Origin: an uncultured Bacteroidota bacterium
GTDB lineage: Bacteria; Bacteroidota; Bacteroidia; Chitinophagales; Chitinophagaceae
Length of the DNA: 29,290 nt
NCBI GenBank assembly: GCA_903929655.1
Contig: CAIYVS010000746.1
Location: 1-29,290 of the forward strand
Direction of reading: 5' to 3'
Below, one piece after another: positions 1 to 8,909 of the stretch. The notes beneath the pieces are model-generated. The model saw only the letters and a program-made list of their open reading frames with translations. It was not told the origin of the DNA and ran no database searches. Each line of letters begins with the position of its first letter. Positions within the stretch are counted from its first letter, which is position 1. Both the position numbers and the translations under genes were made by a program.

Positions 1-99
1 CGGCATAATTGCGGGAGCTTCTTTAGACACCTTTACCAAAAACGGGGCCTTGTTCGATCCTAAAAGCACATGGGGCTTTTCTTTGGGCATCGTATACAT
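1..99 (-). CDS. Partial hypothetical protein (N-terminus only; runs off the left edge of the window)
   Basis: Manual translation from ATG at 99 gives MYTMPKEKPHVLLGSNKAPFLVKVSKEAPAIMP..., open to the window edge. A second ATG is at 90. No family recognised. Confidence 0.4.
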   Translation of the reverse strand, partial: MYTMPKEKPHVLLGSNKAPFLVKVSKEAPAIMP

Positions 100-169
100 C
101 TATTGGATAAGTGCAGTTTTGCTTTTATATTTTCCCTGCAAGTGGTTTATGAATGTTAAAATGAAGCAC

Positions 170-204
170 AAAAAATGGTGGCTGAGTTATCTGTAATACA
201 GCCA
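170..204 (-). terminator. Possible intrinsic terminator of the arg operon
   Basis: TGGCTG/CAGCCA inverted repeat (199-204 and 179-184) immediately after the argH stop, followed on the - strand by CCA and a T-run. The 14-nt loop is large, so this is a weak call. Confidence 0.35.
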
Positions 205-1500
205 TTAATCCCATCTTTTCAAAACATCTTCCATTAGCGCTTTTATTTGGGCATTGCATAGATTGCCTATACTACCTTCATGTGTATGATGTAATGCCTC
301 CTTATAATTAAAAGTACCCTTCTCTACTTCATCCCCAACCTGTTTATATGCCTCCCTGAATGGGATTCCCTGGTTGACAAGAGCGTTTACCTTCTCTACT
401 GTAAAAAGGTATTTGTACTTTTCGTCATCGAGTATATTTTCTTTCACAATTATTTGCTCCAGCATGATGCAAGCCATTTGCAGGCATGACTTCAGTTCTT
501 CAATCGCCGGGAATAATATTTCTTTAGTAAGCTGCAGATCCCTATGATAACCTGAAGGAAGATTATTAACAAGCAAAGTAAGCTCATTAGGTATAGATTG
601 AATACGGTTGCATTTGGCACGAATAAGTTCAAACACATCGGGATTCTTTTTGTGTGGCATGATGCTGCTGCCGGTAGTTAAGGAAGCAGGAAAGCTTATA
701 AACCCAAAATTCTGATTCATAAACAGGATAACATCCATACTAAAACGGGATAAAGTAGCGCTGATAGAACTCATGGCCATTGCTACAAATCGTTCGGTCT
801 TACCCCTGCTCATCTGCGCATATACACTATTATAATGCAGGGAATTAAAATTAAGCAATTGTGTGGTAAGTGTTCTGTTAAGCGGGAAAGAGGAGCCATA
901 GCCTGCACCAGAACCCAGTGGGTTTTTATCAGCCATATGATATGCAGTGCCTAATAAATCCATATCATCTACCAAGCTTTCTGCATAGGCCCCAAACCAC
1001 AGGCCAAATGAAGATGGCATGGCGAGTTGCATATGGGTATAGCCCGGCAGCAACTTGTCTTTATGCGTTTCGCTGAGATGCAACAGGAGCTCAAACAATT
1101 TCAAAGATGCAATCTTGATTTCCAGTAATTGCTCTCTTAAATACAATTTTATATCAAGCGCAACCTGGTCATTACGGCTGCGGCCGCTATGTATCTTTTT
1201 CCCTGCATCCCCTATCTTTTCTGTAAGCATCAACTCTACCTGGGAATGTATATCCTCCACATCCTCCCTCAAAGAAAATTCGTCATTCTCTATATCGGCA
1301 AGAATATTGGTCAATTCATTCTTCAATATGCTAAAATCCGCCTCAGACAATAAACCCACACTTTGCAACATGGTGATATGTGCCAGCGAACCCAATACAT
1401 CATACTTGGCCAATATCATGTCGAACTCCCTGTCGCGACCGACAGTAAAATTTTCTATTATTGCTGATATCTCCGTATTTTCTTTCTGCCAGAGTTTCAT
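205..1500 (-). CDS. argH: Argininosuccinate lyase
   Basis: Fumarate-lyase signature GSSIMPHKKNPD, HSGRSRND and LPGYTHMQ motifs; last gene of the arg operon. Confidence 0.97.
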   Translation of the reverse strand: MKLWQKENTEISAIIENFTVGRDREFDMILAKYDVLGSLAHITMLQSVGLLSEADFSILKNELTNILADIENDEFSLREDVEDIHSQVELMLTEKIGDAGKKIHSGRSRNDQVALDIKLYLREQLLEIKIASLKLFELLLHLSETHKDKLLPGYTHMQLAMPSSFGLWFGAYAESLVDDMDLLGTAYHMADKNPLGSGAGYGSSFPLNRTLTTQLLNFNSLHYNSVYAQMSRGKTERFVAMAMSSISATLSRFSMDVILFMNQNFGFISFPASLTTGSSIMPHKKNPDVFELIRAKCNRIQSIPNELTLLVNNLPSGYHRDLQLTKEILFPAIEELKSCLQMACIMLEQIIVKENILDDEKYKYLFTVEKVNALVNQGIPFREAYKQVGDEVEKGTFNYKEALHHTHEGSIGNLCNAQIKALMEDVLKRWD

Positions 1501-2567
1501 AATATTTTGTTTAGCACTTCAATATAGGTATTGATACCTTCTCTTATCTCATCGGTGTATATAAATTCATCAGCAGTGTGACTACGGGCAGAATCACCAG
1601 GACCCATTTTCAATGCAGGAAATGGCATCAAAGCCTTGTCTGATAATGTGAGTGAGCCATAATATTTTAGTCCTGCCTGCATGCCGGATTTGATAATCGG
1701 GTGTTCAAGTGAAATAGAGGATGAACGCAATCTCATACTTCTTGCTTCCACATCACAATGTACATGCTGCCTGATTGTCTCCAGTATCTCTTCATGAGTA
1801 TAACATTCATTGATCCTGATATCGACAGTAAAGTGACATTCAGCAGGCACCATATTATGTTGTGTGCCGGCGTTTATCATAGTTACCGTCATTTTTACCG
1901 GACCCAGTAATGGAGAAGTTTTAGAGAACGTATAATTCTTAAACCAGCCCAAACAGTTCATTGCTTTGTAAATGGCATTGTCACCTTCATCCCGTGCGGC
2001 GTGTCCTGATTTCCCTTTACAAATGCAATCAACTACCATTAATCCTTTTTCTGCAATGGCCATTTCCATTTTGGTGGGTTCGCCTACTATTGCAAAATCT
2101 ATTTTACCCAGCTCAGGCAATAAAGCTTCTATTCCCTTATTCCCTGATATTTCTTCCTCAGCGCTTGCGGCAAACACCAGGTTATATTTCAGATCATCCC
2201 GATCATAAAAATGCAGGAAAACAGCCAGGAGAGAGACGAGGCTAGCCCCTGCATCATTAGAACCCAGGCCATAAAGTTTACCATCTTTTTCAAGAGCTGT
2301 AAAAGGATCCAGTGTATAATCTTTATTGGGCTTTACAGTATCGTGGTGTGAGTTTAAAAGAATAGTTGGCTTATTACTATCAAAATGTTTATTCACAGCC
2401 CATACATTATTAATGCATCTCTTCGACAATATATTCCTGCTGTTGAGGAATTGCTGAAGCGCAATAGCAGTTCCCTGCTCCTCTTTACTGAAAGAGGGGA
2501 TGCCTATAAGTTGCTTCAACAAACTTAGTGCATCATCATACAAGCTTGTAAATTCCTGCTTACTCAT
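1497..2567 (-). CDS. argE: M20 family deacylase (ArgE-like N-acyl-ornithine/citrulline deacylase; probably succinylcitrulline desuccinylase)
   Basis: M20 metal motifs SHHDTV, GLGSNDAG, AEEE, GEPT and C-terminal SHTADE. Lies between argB and argH with 4-nt start/stop overlaps. Confidence 0.85.
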   Translation of the reverse strand: MSKQEFTSLYDDALSLLKQLIGIPSFSKEEQGTAIALQQFLNSRNILSKRCINNVWAVNKHFDSNKPTILLNSHHDTVKPNKDYTLDPFTALEKDGKLYGLGSNDAGASLVSLLAVFLHFYDRDDLKYNLVFAASAEEEISGNKGIEALLPELGKIDFAIVGEPTKMEMAIAEKGLMVVDCICKGKSGHAARDEGDNAIYKAMNCLGWFKNYTFSKTSPLLGPVKMTVTMINAGTQHNMVPAECHFTVDIRINECYTHEEILETIRQHVHCDVEARSMRLRSSSISLEHPIIKSGMQAGLKYYGSLTLSDKALMPFPALKMGPGDSARSHTADEFIYTDEIREGINTYIEVLNKIL

Positions 2568-3349
2568 AATATACTTGTACCTCCGGTTCCTGCAAACAGT
2601 TTGTCAAATTCGGCCGCATGGCCTATAAGTACTTTTTTCACACCTTTCCTGATGGCTGCAAAAGCATTCTCCAGTTTGGGTATCATGCCGTCAGTAATAA
2701 TTCCTTGCAGTTTTATATCTTCAAAACTCTGTTCGTCAATCTTGCTGATCACTGAATCATCATTTACAGGATCGGTCAAAACACCTTTTTTCTCAAAGCA
2801 ATAGATCAATTGCACATCCATCAGGTCTGCCATACTTTTTGCAAGTTCCTGGGCAATGGTATCAGCATTCGTATTTAACATAGTCCCTGCCCCATCGTGT
2901 GTCAAAGGCGCGAAAACAGGTGTAAGGCCGCTTTCAAGTAACATCTTTAGAACTTTAGTGTTGACCTGTTCACTTTTCACATCCCCCACAAAACCATAAT
3001 CCACTTCTTTAACCGGCCTCCTGTTAGCCTCTATAAGATTTGCATCCGCGCCTGTAAGGCCAATTGCATTGCATCCCAAGGCCTGCAGCGAAGCAACTAT
3101 TTTTTTATTGATGGATCCCGCGTAGACCATCGTCACTAAATCCAAAGTAGCTGCGTCTGTTATGCGTCTTCCATTCACATAATTAGGTTCAATACCCAAT
3201 TTCTTCCCGATCTCGGTGGCAATCTTACCACCTCCGTGCACCAATATTTTATATCCTTTAACCGTAGCAAAAGACTTGAGAAAAGAAGTTAACTGCTTTT
3301 CGTCATCAATTATATTGCCGCCTATTTTCACTACTGCTAATTGTTGCAT
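2564..3349 (-). CDS. argB: N-acylglutamate kinase (short 261-aa form)
   Basis: VVKIGGN, LVHGGG, GRRITD, NTNADT and GMIPKL amino-acid-kinase motifs; arg operon context. Confidence 0.95.
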   Translation of the reverse strand: MQQLAVVKIGGNIIDDEKQLTSFLKSFATVKGYKILVHGGGKIATEIGKKLGIEPNYVNGRRITDAATLDLVTMVYAGSINKKIVASLQALGCNAIGLTGADANLIEANRRPVKEVDYGFVGDVKSEQVNTKVLKMLLESGLTPVFAPLTHDGAGTMLNTNADTIAQELAKSMADLMDVQLIYCFEKKGVLTDPVNDDSVISKIDEQSFEDIKLQGIITDGMIPKLENAFAAIRKGVKKVLIGHAAEFDKLFAGTGGTSIL

Positions 3350-4302
3350 GAGCCTCCCTTTATAATTTCAGCAAGTACTGCCTGTGCAGCCCATACCCTG
3401 TTGGACGCTTGTTGTGTAACAATGCTGTTGGTCCCGTCAAGTACCTCGTCACTCAGTTCTACATTTCTTCTTACCGGAAGACAATGCATTATTTTGGCAT
3501 TGTTGGTTCCCCGCAAATGTTCTGTGGTCAGCATCCAGCTATTGTCCTCGCTAAGCACTTTCCCATAATCTTTATAAGAGCTCCAGTTTTTTACGTAAAC
3601 AAAATCTGCGCCCTTCAATGCTTTTTCCTGGTCATATTCTATAGTGGCTCCTTTTGTAAATTGTTCATCCAGTTCATAGCCCTCCGGATGGGTGATATAG
3701 AAATCAGCCTTACCCCAGGCATTCACCCATTGAGCGAAAGAATTTGCAACACACTGAGGTATAGGTTTGATATGTGGCGCCCAGGTAAGTACAACCTTAG
3801 GCTTTGGCTTAATATCGGCAAATTCAGACATGGTAATAATGTCCGTGAGACTTTGTAAGGGATGTAAGGTTGCGCTTTCGAGGCTGACTACAGGCAGTCC
3901 GGCATATTTCATCAGTTGACTAACCAGCACTTCATTGTAATCATCCTCCCTGTTTAGCAGGGATGGAAATGTTCTGATGCAAAGAATATCAAAATACGCT
4001 CCGAATATGGGTGCGGCATCCTTTATATGTTCAACCGAAGTGCCGTTCATTACAGCTCCGTCTTCAAATTCCAGCTTCCAGCCCTCTTTATCCATATTAA
4101 AGACCACAGCCTCCATACCCAAATTGCGGGCGGCTATCTGTGTGCTTAAACGTGTACGCATACTGGGATTTAAAAACAAAAGCCCTATACGCTTGTTCTG
4201 TCCAAGCATTTTGTCTTTAAAAGGCGCAGCTTTATATGAAAGCGCTTGCTGTACCAAATGTTCTATATCAGGAACATCATAAACTGAGATAAAATTATTC
4301 AT
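3337..4302 (-). CDS. argF: N-acylornithine carbamoyltransferase (ArgF'; likely N-succinylornithine-specific)
   Basis: SMRTR carbamoyl-phosphate loop, HPLQ, TWAPH, KNW and HCLPVRRN motifs typical of the AOTCase/SOTCase clade rather than classical OTCase; Val at position 90. Confidence 0.92.
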   Translation of the reverse strand: MNNFISVYDVPDIEHLVQQALSYKAAPFKDKMLGQNKRIGLLFLNPSMRTRLSTQIAARNLGMEAVVFNMDKEGWKLEFEDGAVMNGTSVEHIKDAAPIFGAYFDILCIRTFPSLLNREDDYNEVLVSQLMKYAGLPVVSLESATLHPLQSLTDIITMSEFADIKPKPKVVLTWAPHIKPIPQCVANSFAQWVNAWGKADFYITHPEGYELDEQFTKGATIEYDQEKALKGADFVYVKNWSSYKDYGKVLSEDNSWMLTTEHLRGTNNAKIMHCLPVRRNVELSDEVLDGTNSIVTQQASNRVWAAQAVLAEIIKGGSCNN

Positions 4303-4326
4303 TTCTTCAGGACGGCATAAATTTGA

Positions 4327-5469
4327 TCAGGAATTATTATTTGCTAGTTCTGTTTTTATTGCATTAATTAATTTGTCAGCATCTTCTTTCTGAATATTCA
4401 AAGCAGGCAATAAGCGTATTACATTGGGCTTAGCTTCGCCTGTAAAAATATGTTGCTTGAACAAAAGATTTTTGCGCAGGTCTTTATATTGCGCAGGCAC
4501 ATCAAAACCAATCATTAAACCCCTGCCTCTAACATTCTCCAGTTCGGGAATATTACGCAGTTCCTGCATGATATAGTCACCCATATGATGCGCGTGAGAC
4601 AATAATGCTTCGTTTTCAATTACTTCCAACACTGCCAAAGCTGCTGCACAAGCAAGATGGTTTCCACCGAATGTGGTACCCAGCATGGAATATTTAGCTT
4701 CTATATGGGGAGCAATCAAAATCCCGCCAATAGGGAAACCATTACCCATTCCCTTTGCCATGCTATAGATGTCTGCATTCACCCCTGCATAGTCATGAGA
4801 GAAAAATTTACCGCTACGTCCGTAGCCACATTGCACACCATCTGCTATATATATAGCCCTGTGCTGTGTGCACAAGGCCCTTATCGCCTGTAAAAATTCT
4901 TCGCTCGCAAGGTTAATACCCCCCACGCCCTGTATGCCTTCTGTAATTACAGCAGCCACCTCATCTCCGTGATTGGAAAAATAGATGCTGAGACTATCTA
5001 CATCGTTGAAGGGAAGAAAAGTAATATTATCGGTTCTGTTCACCGGTGCAACTATCTGCTCATTATCTGTTGCAGCCACTGCAAGAGAAGTGCGGCCATG
5101 AAAAGATTTTGAAAAGGCAACGATCTTTTTCCGCCCTGTTACAAATGAAGCCAGTTTCATCGCGTTCTCATTTGCTTCAGCACCGGAATTGCAGAGGAAT
5201 AGTTGATAATCTTCTTTCCCGGAAATCTTCCCAAGCTTATCGGCCAATTCCACCTGCAAAGGAATTTTAATGGAATTGGAATAAAACCCGATCTTATTTA
5301 ATTGTTCGGTAATTCTATGAACATAATGCGGGTGTGTATGGCCAATGGATATTACCGCATGGCCGCCATAAAAGTCCAGGTATTCCTGTCCTTTATCGTC
5401 CCATACATAGGAGCCATTACCTTTGGTAATAGTTATATCATTAAGCGGATAAACGTCAAATAGTTTCAT
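4327..5469 (-). CDS. argD: N-acylornithine aminotransferase (class III PLP)
   Basis: YLDFYGG, FLCNSGAEANE, SFHGRT, DGVQCGYGRSG and the PLP-lysine motif AKGMGNGFP; operon context. Confidence 0.93.
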   Translation of the reverse strand: MKLFDVYPLNDITITKGNGSYVWDDKGQEYLDFYGGHAVISIGHTHPHYVHRITEQLNKIGFYSNSIKIPLQVELADKLGKISGKEDYQLFLCNSGAEANENAMKLASFVTGRKKIVAFSKSFHGRTSLAVAATDNEQIVAPVNRTDNITFLPFNDVDSLSIYFSNHGDEVAAVITEGIQGVGGINLASEEFLQAIRALCTQHRAIYIADGVQCGYGRSGKFFSHDYAGVNADIYSMAKGMGNGFPIGGILIAPHIEAKYSMLGTTFGGNHLACAAALAVLEVIENEALLSHAHHMGDYIMQELRNIPELENVRGRGLMIGFDVPAQYKDLRKNLLFKQHIFTGEAKPNVIRLLPALNIQKEDADKLINAIKTELANNNS

Positions 5470-5478
5470 CGTATATTA

Positions 5479-6465
5479 TTAAAAAGAACTCGCTTTTAAT
5501 TGTAAGCCTGTTTGCTCTGCCAAACCAAATATTAAATTCATATTCTGCACTGCCTGCCCTGATGCACCTTTCAATAGGTTGTCTATGGCGGAGTGGATGA
5601 CTAATTTGTCGTCCACTTTTTCCAGATGAATGAGGCATTTATTAGTATTTACCACCTGTTTCAGGTCAATCATTTCCTTACTGACATGTGTAAATGGATG
5701 TTCTTTATAATAAGAGCTATATAAATCATAAGCAGCCTCCAGGCTCAGATCAGATGGTGTATAAGAGCTGACATAGATACCTCTTGCGAAATCCCCCCTC
5801 CATGGAATGAAATTTACATTGGCAGGCTGCGCTTGTAATTGCTGAATGCTTTGCATGATCTCATTCATATGCTGATGAGATAATGATTTGTAAGCCTGCA
5901 CATTGTTTACACGCCAGGAGAAATGAGAGGTTTCCTGCAATTTTTGCCCTGCGCCTGTGGAACCTGTAATGCCTGTGGTATGCACATCTTTCAATAAACC
6001 TGCTTTGGCAAGCGGCAATACGCCCAATTGAATGGCGGTTGCAAAACAACCGGGATTGGCAATATTCCGGGCTTGCTGTATTTGCTCTTTGTTAAGTTCA
6101 GGCAAGCCATATACAAATTGCCTGCCTGCAAAGGCTGCACTCTTTACCAGCCTGAAATCCTGCGAAAGATCAATGATCTTTATTTTTTCATCTATTTTAT
6201 TTGATTCCAGGAAGGTCTTTGCTTCTCCATGCCCTACGCAGAGAAAAAGCATATCTATATTACTATTGAGCTCTGAACTAAAATGAAGATCAGTCTCCCC
6301 AAGCAAGTCTCCATGAACCTTATGCACAGGCTGACCGGCATTGCTCCTGCTATGAACAAATACAATATCCGCGTTGGGATGGCGCAAAAGTATCCGCAGC
6401 ATTTCACCGCCTGTATAACCGGCCCCGCCAACAATGCCCACCTGTATTTTAGTACTAATGCTCAT
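5479..6465 (-). CDS. argC: N-acyl-gamma-glutamyl-phosphate reductase
   Basis: GIVGGAGYTG Rossmann motif, catalytic NPGCFAT, TGSTGAG and IDNLLKGASGQAVQNMN. Confidence 0.97.
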   Translation of the reverse strand: MSISTKIQVGIVGGAGYTGGEMLRILLRHPNADIVFVHSRSNAGQPVHKVHGDLLGETDLHFSSELNSNIDMLFLCVGHGEAKTFLESNKIDEKIKIIDLSQDFRLVKSAAFAGRQFVYGLPELNKEQIQQARNIANPGCFATAIQLGVLPLAKAGLLKDVHTTGITGSTGAGQKLQETSHFSWRVNNVQAYKSLSHQHMNEIMQSIQQLQAQPANVNFIPWRGDFARGIYVSSYTPSDLSLEAAYDLYSSYYKEHPFTHVSKEMIDLKQVVNTNKCLIHLEKVDDKLVIHSAIDNLLKGASGQAVQNMNLIFGLAEQTGLQLKASSF

Positions 6466-6475
6466 TTCTTAAATA

Positions 6476-7690
6476 TCAGTTTTCCTGCTGAATTGCCTGT
6501 GTTATGTCTTTATTAATTAAATGATAAATCCCTACCTGGTTGCCGAATATCTTGGCAAATCCTTTTACATCATCTCCAGTCCAGCCATTATTCATTTCCC
6601 CATAGGAACCGAATTTGCTGTTCATAAGATCATGTTCGCTTTCTATACCGGTAACAGTGAAGCGGTAAGGCTCCAATGTAACAAACACTTTGCCACTAAC
6701 AGTTTTCTGTGAGTCTTCCAGGAAGCACTCTATATTACGCATGGTAGGGTCCAGCATCATGCCTTCATGCAGCCAGTTGCCATACCAGGAGCTTAACTGG
6801 TCTTTCCAGTATAATTGCCACTTGGTTAAAGTATGTTTTTCAAGCAGGTGGTGGGCTTTGATGATGATTAACGGTGCAGCGGCTTCAAAACCAACGCGTC
6901 CTTTAATTCCGATGATCGTATCGCCTACATGTATGTCCCTGCCTATGCCATAGGGCTGGGCGACAGACTGCAGATATTGTATAACTTCTACCGGGTGCGA
7001 AAAAATAGTTCCATCAACACCTTTCAATTCTCCTTTTTCGAAATGCAGTTCTATATTCTTCCTGCCTGTTTCTGTAACTTGTGTGGGCCAGGCAGTTTCT
7101 GGTAAATATTCTTTACTGTTAAGCGTTTCCTTACCACCAACCGAAGTTCCCCATAAGCCCTTATTAATGCTGTACCTGGCCTTCTCAAAATTCATCTCCA
7201 CTCCATTTGCCTTCAGGAAACTGATCTCTTCTTCACGGCTCAGTTTCATATCCCTTATCGGGGTTATAATGCCAATACCGGGTATCATACTTTGAAAAAC
7301 CATATCAAAACGCACCTGGTCGTTGCCCGCACCTGTGCTGCCATGGGCCACAAAATCTGCATTCACAGATTTTGCATATTCCGCTACGGAAATAGCCTGT
7401 ATCATACGCTCGGCACTCACACTCAGGGGATATGTAGCGTTTTTCAGCACATTGCCATATACCAGGTATTTAATGCAACTCTCATAATACTCCTTCATCA
7501 CATCCACTACTTTGAAGGAAGCAACCCCAAGATCGTAAGCCCGCGCTTCTATTTTTTTAAGGTCATCCTCACTAAAGCCACCTGTTTGCACGGTAATGGC
7601 ATGCACTTCCAATTGCTCAACCCTGGAAAGATAAATGGCGCAGTAGGTTGTATCTAGGCCCCCGCTATATGCTAATACTACTTTTTTCAT
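6476..7690 (-). CDS. argG: Argininosuccinate synthase
   Basis: VLAYSGGLDT PP-loop, HGSTGAGNDQVRF and GIKGRVGFEA motifs. Confidence 0.97.
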   Translation of the reverse strand: MKKVVLAYSGGLDTTYCAIYLSRVEQLEVHAITVQTGGFSEDDLKKIEARAYDLGVASFKVVDVMKEYYESCIKYLVYGNVLKNATYPLSVSAERMIQAISVAEYAKSVNADFVAHGSTGAGNDQVRFDMVFQSMIPGIGIITPIRDMKLSREEEISFLKANGVEMNFEKARYSINKGLWGTSVGGKETLNSKEYLPETAWPTQVTETGRKNIELHFEKGELKGVDGTIFSHPVEVIQYLQSVAQPYGIGRDIHVGDTIIGIKGRVGFEAAAPLIIIKAHHLLEKHTLTKWQLYWKDQLSSWYGNWLHEGMMLDPTMRNIECFLEDSQKTVSGKVFVTLEPYRFTVTGIESEHDLMNSKFGSYGEMNNGWTGDDVKGFAKIFGNQVGIYHLINKDITQAIQQEN

Positions 7691-7697
7691 TATTAAA

Positions 7698-8396
7698 TCA
7701 GATGTATTTTAATATGCTTGCGTACAAAGCAAAAATGGATAAGACAAAATGATTCCTTTTAAAATTCCTCAAAAACCTGAACTGCTTTAAACGCAACAGA
7801 CGTTCATAGACTTTTTGCTTGTTTACAAAAGCTGCTGTTGTTTCCTCGGGCTTATAATGGTCTTTAGGGTCATACAGCATAGCTGTACAAAGGCAGTTTT
7901 TACGCCCTTTGCTCATCAGTATATCATAATTCACACAGCTTTTGCAGCCCTGCCAGAAAGCCTCGTCCTGGGTAAGCTCGGGGTAGGTCACAGGTTCATA
8001 TCCAAGCTCACTGTTAATTTTCATTACAGCAAGGCCTGTAGTTAAACCAAAAATCTTTGCTTCCGGATATTTTTCCCGGCTCAGATCAAAAATTCTCTTT
8101 TTGATCTGCTTTGCAAGTCCGCTTTTTCTGAACTCCGGCACTACAATAAGGCCTGAATTGGCTACGTATTCGCCATCACTCCAGCTTTCTATATAACAAA
8201 AGCCTGCCCACCTGCCATCTGGGGCAAGAGCTATAACGGCTTTACCTTCCAGCATTTTGGTCTGCAAATATTCAGGTGTGCGTTTTGCTATACCCGTGCC
8301 CCGAGCTTTTGCAGATTCCTCCATTTCCGTGCATATATCAATCGAAAAACCTGTATGGCGCTTATCCGCCACCATAACTTTAAAGCCTTGGCTCAT
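7698..8396 (-). CDS. GNAT-family acyltransferase, probable Bacteroidota-type N-acylglutamate synthase (ArgA role)
   Basis: GNAT motif A (VANSGLIVVPEFRKSGLA), IAKRTPEY, FWQGCKSC and CLCTAMLYDP. First gene of an operon that otherwise lacks argA/argJ. Confidence 0.8.
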   Translation of the reverse strand: MSQGFKVMVADKRHTGFSIDICTEMEESAKARGTGIAKRTPEYLQTKMLEGKAVIALAPDGRWAGFCYIESWSDGEYVANSGLIVVPEFRKSGLAKQIKKRIFDLSREKYPEAKIFGLTTGLAVMKINSELGYEPVTYPELTQDEAFWQGCKSCVNYDILMSKGRKNCLCTAMLYDPKDHYKPEETTAAFVNKQKVYERLLRLKQFRFLRNFKRNHFVLSIFALYASILKYI

Positions 8397-8512
8397 TTTT
8401 ACTAAATAATTAAAGAATAAATAATACCATCGCTTCCATTTAAAATGAAAGCATTGTAAACGAAGGTTATAAAAACCTCTTCAACAGGAAAAGCTGTTGG
8501 AATAACTTGGTA

Positions 8513-8641
8513 TCAACGTCGCACCCGGAAGAACACTTGCTTGTAAGAAAAAACTGTCCTTTCGGAAACAGCAAAAAAACCTGAACCGGAGCACATTTGT
8601 GCGTCGTGACTGGCCGGTAGCATTAAAAAGGTTTTTTTCAT
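8513..8641 (-). CDS. Putative leader peptide of the arg operon, 42 aa: MKKTFLMLPASHDAQMCSGSGFFAVSERTVFSYKQVFFRVRR
   Basis: Manually translated; below the ORF-track cutoff. ATG lies about 40 nt downstream of a promoter-like element, has an A-rich upstream context, and 3 of the last 4 codons are Arg (CGG GTG CGA CGT TGA). Confidence 0.5.
   Translation of the reverse strand: MKKTFLMLPASHDAQMCSGSGFFAVSERTVFSYKQVFFRVRR
8548..8638 (-). promoter_or_regulatory. Structured leader RNA / attenuator-like hairpins upstream of the arg operon
   Basis: Perfect 10-bp A7CCU/AGGU7 stem (8629-8638 with 8573-8582) enclosing ACCGG/CCGGU and GCAC/GUGC helices, then a bulged GAAA-loop hairpin (8554-8571) followed by U6. 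Confidence 0.55.
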
Positions 8642-8686
8642 TTCGTTATTTGGTTAGGAAATAAACGGTTAATTTTTTAAAGGATG

Positions 8687-8719
8687 CAAAGTAAAAGAAT
8701 TTTTATATAACAAATCAAA
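8687..8719 (-). promoter_or_regulatory. Bacteroidota sigma-ABfr-type promoter for the arg leader/operon
   Basis: -33 TTTG (8719-8716), a 21-nt spacer, and a near-consensus -7 element TTACTTTG (8694-8687; consensus TAnnTTTG, one mismatch). Confidence 0.5.
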
Positions 8720-8863
8720 TGTTTTTTGTTAAAAACAAAAAATTAATACACGCTTCATTTAGAAAAATCCCGGTAGCTACCCTTAATGCCTTAGTATCCA
8801 ACACTTATGTCAAAGAACTTCTCTACAAGCTATTTGACTGGGCAGGAAACAGAAAGTAAAAGC

Positions 8864-8893
8864 ATGTTAAAGCTGCAAGCCTACATTTAACAT
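8864..8893 (-). terminator. Probable terminator of the upstream GH92 gene
   Basis: ATGTTAAA/TTTAACAT 8-bp inverted repeat enclosing a small inner stem, 16 nt after the GH92 stop, followed on the - strand by GCTTTTACTTTC. Confidence 0.45.
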
Positions 8894-8909
8894 TTTGCCC
8901 TTAAAAGCG

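Noticed and set aside
8642-8760. ArgR ARG boxes at the arg promoter
   Set aside because: The region is AT-rich but shows no convincing pair of 18-bp TGAAT-type imperfect palindromes, and no argR is in the window.
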